Below are positions 52,201 through 59,739 of a stretch of DNA of 64,000 bases, piece after piece. Location: IMG/VR virus record IMGVR_UViG_2974731955_000001, positions 34,827 through 98,826 of that record; one strand, given 5' to 3'. Under the pieces are notes generated by a model, which saw nothing but the letters and a program-made list of their open reading frames with translations, did no database searches and had not been told where the DNA came from. This stretch comes from a virus. Lineage: Duplodnaviria > Caudoviricetes. The position numbers and the translations under genes are program-made. The stretch's first letter is position 1; each line of letters begins with the position of its first letter.

Positions 52201-53278
52201 TAGATAGTAATAGTACATTACCAGATGAATTGGCTCTAAATGCTCTGGCATCATATTCTACATCCCACGTTTCCTCAGTAAGATTAGCAGCGAATAACCT
52301 ATTGTCTTTAGATTCTATTACTTCAGGTACAAATGTGTAATTAGCTAATGAATTAAATTCATCAATACTTAATTCTGATACTAAACTACCACCTTTATCT
52401 TCATAGTTTATTACAGAACCAGTTCCAATAACTATATCATCTACTATAGATATTACAGGTACCTCATTCTTTGCCTTATAGAATAAAGAGATTATTCTAA
52501 GTCTATCAAATCCAGTACTATTGTTTCTTACTTGTAACTTTATGGACTTACCAGTATTTTGTCCTTTAGAACTTCCTTTTACAGCATTGTAATTAGTTTT
52601 TTGATCTCCGTCACTCAAATGATAAAGAGGGGTAAGTGGAGATATTGCAGACTCTGTACCTCTTACTTTAAACAATTGATAACAGTACTGTATCATTCCA
52701 GATTCTAAACTACCTGTTCCAAATCCATTAAATTCAAATGGAGGTAATGTAGCCTTTGGTAGCATTACTATAGTATCCGAAGTAATAGATGAATTACTAG
52801 ATATGTGATCATCATCCACATTGATTACTTTAATTTGTGAATGACCATCTGCCCAATATACTTTTACATTATTACTTGCTTCCCATCTACATACACTACT
52901 AATTGCAGCTACGTTGCTAGATGATACTTCTATATCTAAAGGTCTATTAGTTACTACTTTTGTTACAATTGGTTCCTCTTGGGATCTAGAAAAATCAATT
53001 CTATAGACATTATTGTTATTTGTACCATTAACCTTAGTAAAAACAATCGCCCAATCTCTTACTGTGGTAACGTGTATAATAGTTTCACCAGACAAATTTG
53101 AAGAAGGTCTACACATTAAGAATCCTTCTATATTCTGCATTGCTGCAAAAGAAGATCCTTCATTCGTTAATATTCGAATGTTCTCTGCATATATGTACTG
53201 GTTGTCTTTTAACACAGAATAGTCTACATCCATGTTAAGTCCACCAGCAAATGTGTTTGTTTGTCTAGTAGCGTTCAT
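49265..53278 (-). CDS. Tail stabilisation (muzzle; P22 gp10-like) protein
   Basis: 1337 aa; N-terminal TFAGGLNMD...AENIRI and YRFGIVLY motifs; position in the tail module. Confidence 0.75.
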   Translation of the reverse strand: MNATRQTNTFAGGLNMDVDYSVLKDNQYIYAENIRILTNEGSSFAAMQNIEGFLMCRPSSNLSGETIIHVTTVRDWAIVFTKVNGTNNNNVYRIDFSRSQEEPIVTKVVTNRPLDIEVSSSNVAAISSVCRWEASNNVKVYWADGHSQIKVINVDDDHISSNSSITSDTIVMLPKATLPPFEFNGFGTGSLESGMIQYCYQLFKVRGTESAISPLTPLYHLSDGDQKTNYNAVKGSSKGQNTGKSIKLQVRNNSTGFDRLRIISLFYKAKNEVPVISIVDDIVIGTGSVINYEDKGGSLVSELSIDEFNSLANYTFVPEVIESKDNRLFAANLTEETWDVEYDARAFRANSSGNVLLLSNSGSSLNFALSALTTTNIPKDHDCICPFNVDGSAYKYTTSPTGGYIQGGKGKNVSYRFITTDLLEDASTTSRGMIDEEFTFNSSSRSLTSLGINYEGNDKSNTISLSSGNKIPNYSNAEIESKVKGYMRDEIYRFGIVLYNKQGLASPVHWIGDIRMPSNKDTGYKFFTSNEASDYGSNLSVVTKPLGIEFEVKNLPSDVVRYEIVRCERTLSDRTILAQGVVSCITNYDRDSNILTPFPYLAYSNKHGYYAKTHNDGDFQYTFNLSDTQSNNYFMFVSPEIAINRENADALIDKFQTVEKVGIMTSPITADGNWGITDGSLKVLANARSIKYDGSTIKPTKSLGGQSSNGYVANGAIVINNDDFYSALLAKYYGLYVENGVQSAAIESAKYAGPSSPWLTNGDQPWYNAEAITIGDKVYYNWVWDNIRTAGDSEVDKTDANNVRKYGPHGICAIFKSDNMVANIPLAVSTSSYRYVNAVVLCNIKQSVNAYGGNSYSAIQNSVYITTGASAESSVSTVLCYGGDTYLNIFDYNNCMFSYNTDDYYNNKANRLFLGAFIPCESSVNLALTHADSSINRTYQAGDGYANHFVEDDIITVGDLYTQNTPSYAYNDAYSAQPNAKKFVAKSIYNIDNLLTDTRIISSELKTNNEVTDSWTKFKVANYLDVDTRFGPINDMKLFKNNLVFWQTDAFGTVAVNERSIITDNNPGTLTLGTGGILDRYDYFTTMNGESPNQLRANTQSDSTVYWYDSKRNEICGFNGQLQTVSKLKGVQSYLNKNKDLFKKDPIAVYDKKYNEVLFTLGDKTLAFNEQLGVFTSFYNYNPDYYAEFSDKLYLFKSLKLFKYNGGEQADLDSDKAKVSEIEFVVNKDYPQTKTFDNVEYGGDFTTDTNFDLILFTTKRQTSETLTSEDIDYREDTYKFAIPRNSLKLNEVEQLANKSYKDRMKGKYLICNYKYDCNGGNEFKVPYISTAYRYSMI

Positions 53279-54248
53279 TTGCGTTATAAATTATTTGTCT
53301 TTCCCCAGTATGTGAATAAAAAGTATTATGATCTCTAAATTCTGGAACAATTTTATTCCAGTTATTTTTAATAGACTCCATGCCATCTTCATTTGGCATC
53401 AATGCTTCAGCATATGCTTGGTTTCTATAAAAATTCCAGGATCTTTTAATATCATAGTATACTTCTCTATTTAATTTACCATTCAAATACTCAGGGTATT
53501 TCAGTTTCATTGTAACATACCAGTATATAGCTTCAGTATAAGAAGTTAAATCTGGTATTAAAGTATATCCATCTTCATCAGTAGGTATTGCACTATAGGA
53601 TAGTTTTAAGTAACCTGATGGAACATTACACATTATAAATCCAGGTTTAATACTATATTGCAGCCCTCCACTAGGATTTGCAGTATTAAATCCATCATTG
53701 TATGTTCGTTCATTTATAAGATTTGAAATGATTGTACGTAAATTTTGATTAGTGTTTAACAATTCTAAAGCCTCTGTTTTATCAATGTTACCAATCATAT
53801 CTACTACTAAATTTACCATTGTATCTTCTTGTACAATCATATTTGGATCGCAATGTTCACAACAATTGCTGTGTCTACATTCCTTTTTGTGCCCAAGTTC
53901 ATCATAACAGTCACAGTTGCAACAGCATTTGCCATGTCCCCAAACAGCAAATGAACCTGTAGCTTTCCTCATAGGAAACCAAGGTCCATCACAATTAAAA
54001 GAGTATGCAACTTGATGCAATTGATGAAGATCACATGGTAATGATGCTTGATACCCACACAATTTAGTAATTGGAGTACCATCTTGACCAGATACTTTTG
54101 GAATAAATTGTGTAACAGCACCAATCTTTTCAATTGCTTCTCCACACCAAGATCTGATGTCACTTATTCTCATGTCATCTTCTTTCAAATCTAGATCAGC
54201 AATTATCTTAGCAATTACCGTTTTAATTGAAGTTAATTTTGTAATCAT
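53265..54248 (-). CDS. Tail ring / tubular protein
   Basis: Upstream of the stabiliser; LSYSAIPTDEDGYTLIPD motif; Cys-rich insertion. Confidence 0.65.
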   Translation of the reverse strand: MITKLTSIKTVIAKIIADLDLKEDDMRISDIRSWCGEAIEKIGAVTQFIPKVSGQDGTPITKLCGYQASLPCDLHQLHQVAYSFNCDGPWFPMRKATGSFAVWGHGKCCCNCDCYDELGHKKECRHSNCCEHCDPNMIVQEDTMVNLVVDMIGNIDKTEALELLNTNQNLRTIISNLINERTYNDGFNTANPSGGLQYSIKPGFIMCNVPSGYLKLSYSAIPTDEDGYTLIPDLTSYTEAIYWYVTMKLKYPEYLNGKLNREVYYDIKRSWNFYRNQAYAEALMPNEDGMESIKNNWNKIVPEFRDHNTFYSHTGERQIIYNANERY

Positions 54249-54688
54249 AATTCTCTATAATCTCTAATATGATTTTTGATAATCTGAGCAAGATGCCTTT
54301 TATTATCCCTCGTCATTACTAACTGATATTTAGTTTTATTTGGTGTTATCATATTTTGTTTATTCCAATATACTCTATATTTATAGAAATTGGAATGTTC
54401 ATTTAAATGATAAATAATTTTACCAGCTTTCTTACTCTCAGCATAATCAATTCGAAGACTCTTCCCAGTATACTCTTTAGGTTTGTGTTTTACTATTTGA
54501 ATGGTTCCCATTCTACAAGGTAACTTAACCTCTTTTCCGTTTTCTATTAACTCATCTCTAAGATATTTAAAGTAATCGTTTATTATGTCTCTAAATACTC
54601 TATATTCAACTTGATATAGTGGATTATCTTCCACATACTCAGAGTATGAATCATAAAAATTGTGTCCTGTATAAGCTTTCGTCTCCAT
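54245..54688 (-). CDS. IHF/HU-like DNA-binding protein
   Basis: ELIENGKEVKLPCRMGTIQIVK resembles the IHF/HU fold and sits at the usual crAss-like position. Confidence 0.6.
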   Translation of the reverse strand: METKAYTGHNFYDSYSEYVEDNPLYQVEYRVFRDIINDYFKYLRDELIENGKEVKLPCRMGTIQIVKHKPKEYTGKSLRIDYAESKKAGKIIYHLNEHSNFYKYRVYWNKQNMITPNKTKYQLVMTRDNKRHLAQIIKNHIRDYREL

Positions 54689-55338
54689 TATTGAACTTTT
54701 ACATCATTTGTACTATTGTTAGTAGTATCATTTGGCATTTGCAGCATCAAATTTAATTCTTTACTAAAGATCATATCTTTAATCGTAGGTATCATGTTTG
54801 CAGGAACAGGATATGGTGTATCATCCCTATCAAAACATTCACCAATTGATGTTGGATCTTCTAGAATCCCATCTATTTTTACATACTCTAGATGTTCTGG
54901 TCCCACTATGTACAAATGATTTCCTTTAAGATATGCAATATAATCATTGCATGTATATTTTCTATTAATTTGATACTTTGCTTTGGTTTCAGTTCCAACT
55001 TGAATCAAATTACCATCTAAGTCTTTTACACAAATCAATCCAGATCCAAAATGTAAATCTATAAACTTTGGTAGTTCTTCATCAGATTTATAATTGTATC
55101 CATCTGTAGGGCAATTACGTACTTTAGAAATGTGCAATGGTCCTATTGTTTGAACATACGATTCATTTATGTCTCTACCTTTATCCAAATCTTGTTTGAT
55201 TAGATAGGCCCTGTATTGATGAATCCATTGTTCTACCTGTATACGACTTAGATTTTCACTTTCTGATACATTGTTGTCTCTCAGAATGTTGTAAATATCG
55301 TCTATAATTGCATTTAGTGAATTAAATGTCATTTCCAC
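54688..55338 (-). CDS. Tail ring protein
   Basis: 216-aa ORF in the tail module, with GILEDP and YPVP motifs. Confidence 0.6.
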   Translation of the reverse strand: MEMTFNSLNAIIDDIYNILRDNNVSESENLSRIQVEQWIHQYRAYLIKQDLDKGRDINESYVQTIGPLHISKVRNCPTDGYNYKSDEELPKFIDLHFGSGLICVKDLDGNLIQVGTETKAKYQINRKYTCNDYIAYLKGNHLYIVGPEHLEYVKIDGILEDPTSIGECFDRDDTPYPVPANMIPTIKDMIFSKELNLMLQMPNDTTNNSTNDVKVQ

Positions 55339-55748
55339 AAGTTATTAATTGTTATTGTTATCTTTTCTTTGTTGTTTGCAGCTTTCTGGAGTAAAGACAT
55401 GAGTTCATTAAAAGCTATTCTAGAATTAGAAATCCAATTTGTGTCTTTGCCATTCCATTCACCAACCCCAATACATCCTTCACTCTCTTCAGCTTTATTT
55501 AAACTATGAATTCTAATACCACTAAAATTGGGAACATTTAGTATCTCTGGTAATATTTTCTTAAACCTTGGTGAATAAGTTAATTTAACTTCATATGTAC
55601 CTTCAGGTATTGCAGTTTTACCATAAACTTTTTCTCCTTCTGGTCTCACTCTATCTTCAAGAGTGTCTGCTATGTGTTCCCCATCAACATACAATTCTCC
55701 AATGGTTGCAGAACTACCTAGAAAGATTCTATTTAATTTTAATTCCAT
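55329..55748 (-). CDS. DUF5675-like putative L,D-peptidase
   Basis: TIGEL...DTLED...TAIPEGTY...GIRIH...SEGCI motifs. Confidence 0.75.
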   Translation of the reverse strand: MELKLNRIFLGSSATIGELYVDGEHIADTLEDRVRPEGEKVYGKTAIPEGTYEVKLTYSPRFKKILPEILNVPNFSGIRIHSLNKAEESEGCIGVGEWNGKDTNWISNSRIAFNELMSLLQKAANNKEKITITINNLWK

Positions 55749-55749
55749 T

Positions 55750-56163
55750 TTATGCAGCTGGCGTTTCTAATGCAGCAACTCTTGCTTCCAAAGCTTCATA
55801 ATCACCTTCTAGAGTAGTCAATCTAAGATTTAAAGCTGAAATCAATTCTCTTACTTCATTATCGTTGTAATTAGATAGACCTGCAAGTTTAGATTTTTCA
55901 GCTGTTGTATAATCTTCAGTAGATAATTGCTTACCTTCCACTTTGTCTACTTTGGATTCTTTAAGAGTTTCCACATCTTGTTTTAAAGTACTAATGTCTT
56001 CAGTAGCTTTGTTATTTACCAAAACCCACTTGGTACCGTCAAAATATTTCAAATCTCCACCATTTGCATTAGATGATAAATCTGCCCAATATTTAACAGA
56101 AGCAGGGTTGGGTTGAATTGTACTAGCTAGGATATCGTATTTGTTATTGTATAATGTGCTCAT
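55750..56163 (-). CDS. Small fibre-like structural protein
   Basis: KVDKVEGKQLSTEDY repeat shared with the 780-aa fibre; coiled-coil C-terminus. Confidence 0.6.
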   Translation of the reverse strand: MSTLYNNKYDILASTIQPNPASVKYWADLSSNANGGDLKYFDGTKWVLVNNKATEDISTLKQDVETLKESKVDKVEGKQLSTEDYTTAEKSKLAGLSNYNDNEVRELISALNLRLTTLEGDYEALEARVAALETPAA

Positions 56164-56179
56164 ATTGTTTAAAATAAAA

Positions 56180-56205
56180 AAAGGTTGACTAAATAGCCAA
56201 CCTTT
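56180..56205 (-). terminator. Intrinsic terminator
   Basis: AAAGGTTGACT/AGCCAACCTTT hairpin followed by a T run on the - strand. Confidence 0.6.
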
Positions 56206-56210
56206 GTGTT

Positions 56211-56804
56211 TTAGATTTCTTTTTTTATTTCTCCTTCTGGTTCTACTTTTTTGTCTTCAGTAGAATTAGGTGGAGTATTTTTTATTACTTCCGGACGAAC
56301 AGCAGATACGTTTTGTAAAAGTTGTTTAAGCTCTTTCACTTCAGCTTTTAAGTCATCAAGTTCTTTGAAATCTTTTGTCACATTGGTTGTTATGTCCGAA
56401 TTTACATTAAGTATTTTTAAGATGTCTTCACATCTCCTCATCTCCTCATCAATCTTACTCAGGCTCTCTTTCTTAATTCTACAATCATCAAGAGACTGTC
56501 TAACCATGTTAACAATTTGTGATTTTTCTGTGGCTATAGTAAGACCGATGGATGAATCGGTCATCATTGTTTTATCTTCAGATACTGACAGTTTTCTTTG
56601 TTCACCATCACACGAAATCACTAGATCCACGAGCTTACGTCTATTTTGCATAGGCATCGGAAATTGTGTCGGTGGCACTGGTTCGTCATAGGGTTTTGAT
56701 ACACTGACTACCGTTCCTAAACTGTACGTTGTGTTCTTTTTAAAAGTACCTGTTATCTCGAGTACGTGTATTCTAGTACCCGACGTTAACTGAGAGAATG
56801 TCAT
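56211..56804 (-). CDS. Hypothetical protein with a coiled-coil C-terminus
   Basis: 197-aa ORF. Confidence 0.8.
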   Translation of the reverse strand: MTFSQLTSGTRIHVLEITGTFKKNTTYSLGTVVSVSKPYDEPVPPTQFPMPMQNRRKLVDLVISCDGEQRKLSVSEDKTMMTDSSIGLTIATEKSQIVNMVRQSLDDCRIKKESLSKIDEEMRRCEDILKILNVNSDITTNVTKDFKELDDLKAEVKELKQLLQNVSAVRPEVIKNTPPNSTEDKKVEPEGEIKKEI

Positions 56805-56866
56805 ATCTTTATAAATTTAAAGAATATGGGCAACTCTCATAGCTGCCCATATATCTTGATTAATAT

Positions 56867-57250
56867 TTAGGCAGCTGGTGCAGGAGTATAATTCATCAAC
56901 TGTATTACATTGTCACATTTATTAAAATATGCGATGTATCTGTTCCCAGCACTAACTTGTGAACCAGTAATTGGCTCACTTGAAGCATTTACTAAAGGTA
57001 TATTGCGAGTATTTGAAGCAGTACTTACAGAACCAGAAACCGAGATAAATACAGGTAGACTAGCTCCTGAAGCTTCTGCTGTGTGTCTAACTTCCAAAAC
57101 AATTACACCTTCTTTGGGTAATCTACACCATACTTTAGGGCAGATACCTAATACTACATTTTCAGTGGATTCACCTATTGCTATAGTTTTTACTTTAGGT
57201 ATTACTAGATCTAAAATATTTACGGTGTTATTTCTACCAAATGGATTAAA
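56867..57250 (-). pseudogene. Open frame with no ATG near its 5' end (FNPFGRNN...TPAPAA), in frame directly after the upstream stop
   Basis: 127 sense codons begin immediately after the TAA at 57251-57253. The TTG start at 57097 would omit 51 protein-like codons. Confidence 0.5.
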
Positions 57251-58012
57251 TTAGAAATATCTAACAGATGTGTTACGTCTATCTCTGGATTCTTTATCAC
57301 GGTCACGCATTTCTTTTTCACGATCTTCACGATCATAATCTAACTCATAATATCTATTACGACCAGGTCTTTCATACTCGTCATAATATTTAGAGTAAGG
57401 ATATCGGTAATCGTTTTCTTTATTTGCGTATTCCATTCTACCAGAACGTCTTGCATAACGACCATATTCTTCTTCACGATCTCTGTGCATACGTTCGTAT
57501 GCTTTATAATCGTTTTCTTCGTCGTCACACATAATGTACACATAGTAGTGCCACATCTTGCCTTCTGAAATGTCTTTGTCACAAAGCCAAGCTTTAGCTA
57601 ATTCTGCGAAATATTTGGTATTTGCGCTACCAGTCATTGCTACTACTGCTTTATAAAAGTCTGAGTATATCATATTCATAGCAACATACCAGTCCCACTT
57701 ATTGTGTTTCTCTGATTTTAAATTTATGCCCATTTGATTGGCAACGGACGTTGTCTCTTCAACCGTCCAGTGAGGTCCTTTTGTACCATCCTCATTTTCC
57801 ATACCCTCTACTGCGTAATGAGCATGTTCCTCATCAAAATGAGGGCCATTTATAGCTTCATACATATTTGCAGCCAATTCTGACTTCAAAATGGTGAAAC
57901 CTTTTTCCAACAGACTGCCTTCATGTTTTTCTAAAGCTGTTGCCAACTTATCTATAGCTTCTGTAGGAGATTGATGGCGTTTAATTTGTTCTAATATTTT
58001 GTTCAAATGCAT
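57251..58012 (-). CDS. Hypothetical protein with an R/D/E/Y-rich tail
   Basis: GPHF...GPHW...WDWYVAMNMIYSD...AWLCDKD motifs. Confidence 0.8.
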   Translation of the reverse strand: MHLNKILEQIKRHQSPTEAIDKLATALEKHEGSLLEKGFTILKSELAANMYEAINGPHFDEEHAHYAVEGMENEDGTKGPHWTVEETTSVANQMGINLKSEKHNKWDWYVAMNMIYSDFYKAVVAMTGSANTKYFAELAKAWLCDKDISEGKMWHYYVYIMCDDEENDYKAYERMHRDREEEYGRYARRSGRMEYANKENDYRYPYSKYYDEYERPGRNRYYELDYDREDREKEMRDRDKESRDRRNTSVRYF

Positions 58013-58059
58013 AGTTTCAATTTATTTATTGATTAACACTAAATTGAAATGTATTGCAA

Positions 58060-58668
58060 TTATTCTGATATGTGTATTACTCTAGTATCTAATACTTGAA
58101 TTAAATCGTTAGAGTTTATAATTTGATATTTACTTATTTTATCTTTTTTAAAATCGAAGTGAATTAATCTTTGAAACCAATTCTTATAACGTCTTCTATA
58201 GACTTTATCTTCATATACAAATAAATCTTGATGATTTAGTATTTCCATAGTATGTGTGAACACGCTATCTTTTCTAGCCACCGTGATGGTTGTCAATTGA
58301 TTTGGTTTTAGCTCTACACAGAAATCCTTTTCTTTCGAAGGGATTATTTTTACTGTGGTATCTCTAATTACGGTCTCAGTAGATGCTACTTGACGTAGTT
58401 GCTTATCTTTGATATTTAGCTTCTTTTGTTGACCTCTGGCGACCTTTATTAGACTATCGTTAGAATTTTTAAAATCATTTACTGTCAATTCCAACAACCT
58501 TGCTTCATTTTTATTTTGATTTGCAATATCTTCCCATACTTGAGCATTGTTCATTGCAATCCCTACTTGTTTATCTAAGTCATTTACTTTCTTGGTAAGT
58601 CTGACATTATTAAACAATAGTAAACTAAAAATAACAGCAATTGCTAATTTTACTTTGGAAAATATCAT
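58060..58668 (-). CDS. Putative spanin-like lysis protein
   Basis: N-terminal TM helix plus coiled coil, overlapping the holin gene. Confidence 0.55.
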   Translation of the reverse strand: MIFSKVKLAIAVIFSLLLFNNVRLTKKVNDLDKQVGIAMNNAQVWEDIANQNKNEARLLELTVNDFKNSNDSLIKVARGQQKKLNIKDKQLRQVASTETVIRDTTVKIIPSKEKDFCVELKPNQLTTITVARKDSVFTHTMEILNHQDLFVYEDKVYRRRYKNWFQRLIHFDFKKDKISKYQIINSNDLIQVLDTRVIHISE

Positions 58669-59210
58669 TTTATTTTCTTTACTAATTTCTTTATTTTTGG
58701 TAAATCATCTTTTTCTATTGTAATGTCTAAATACTTTTCTCCTTTGCTACGTATGAATTTGCTAAAGATTTTCCACGGTCCAGTAGGATCAATTGCTTGA
58801 AGGTTTTCGATCATCGACCATAACTCAACTCCACAAACAATACCAGAAAATGCTTCTACTAAATGCATGTCAATTGACTTTACTATTTCTGTGTCCATAA
58901 GATGACAACAAGAAATTATCATTGCACAGTTTCCGAATTTCTTTAAAGTAGACCATAATCTTCTAGATTCAAACTTACCACCATGAGTAATTGATACTTT
59001 GGTGCCAAGAATTGCATCTGTAAGTATAAATACACACACTACAACTATTACTGTCCATATTGGAGCAAAGAATGTAGATAACCAACCCATTGCACCAGAT
59101 AGTAAACAGGCAACAAATTTAATCGGTCCGTCATTAACTAATTCTTTAAAGTAATTCACTGTAGCTACACTTTGAGCCGTTAATATAATATTATTTAGTC
59201 TTTGTAACAT
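58665..59210 (-). CDS. Holin
   Basis: Several TM helices, D...G...S and ELWSMIENL motifs, basic C-terminus. Likely start MLQRL. Confidence 0.75.
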   Translation of the reverse strand: MLQRLNNIILTAQSVATVNYFKELVNDGPIKFVACLLSGAMGWLSTFFAPIWTVIVVVCVFILTDAILGTKVSITHGGKFESRRLWSTLKKFGNCAMIISCCHLMDTEIVKSIDMHLVEAFSGIVCGVELWSMIENLQAIDPTGPWKIFSKFIRSKGEKYLDITIEKDDLPKIKKLVKKIK

Positions 59211-59350
59211 TACAATAATTTGAAAGAAGATGATTGAAAAACAAAACGCTAACCAATACAAGATTAGCTAGCGTTCTGATATCTTTTGACAGTTTATTTA
59301 GTAAACGTCAATAAGGTTTAAAAGTTCTTTATTTATAAATTGACACTATC

Positions 59351-59737
59351 CTAAGTAATAGCGGTTATTTGTCCACTATTTAATTCCTCTTGCATTTGTT
59401 CATAAGCAACAAAATCTGAATCTACTTGCTCTTTTAATTGCTTTCTCTTTTGTAGGAAATCTTTATATATGTCTATATAACTTTCATCTAATATTCCCAA
59501 TAAGGCAGCATTGTAGTCATTCAATTTCTTTGCTTCAACATCTGTACCCCATAGTTCATTAATACATGTTTCTAATATCTTATTAGCAGTTAATGTAGGC
59601 CATACAATCACTTCATAATAAGAATAACCAGTATACTCATCTTTTTGTTCTGTTTGTACATCCCATCTATATAAATAAGATCCATTCACACATTTTTCTA
59701 ATACTGTTGGATATGTATCACTATATACTCTTTTCAT
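59351..59737 (-). CDS. Fibre-associated protein (possible chaperone), paralogue of 62085..62429
   Basis: Shares RWD[VI]...GY.YYE with the 114-aa protein and directly follows the fibre gene. Confidence 0.6.
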   Translation of the reverse strand: MKRVYSDTYPTVLEKCVNGSYLYRWDVQTEQKDEYTGYSYYEVIVWPTLTANKILETCINELWGTDVEAKKLNDYNAALLGILDESYIDIYKDFLQKRKQLKEQVDSDFVAYEQMQEELNSGQITAIT

Positions 59738-59739
59738 AT

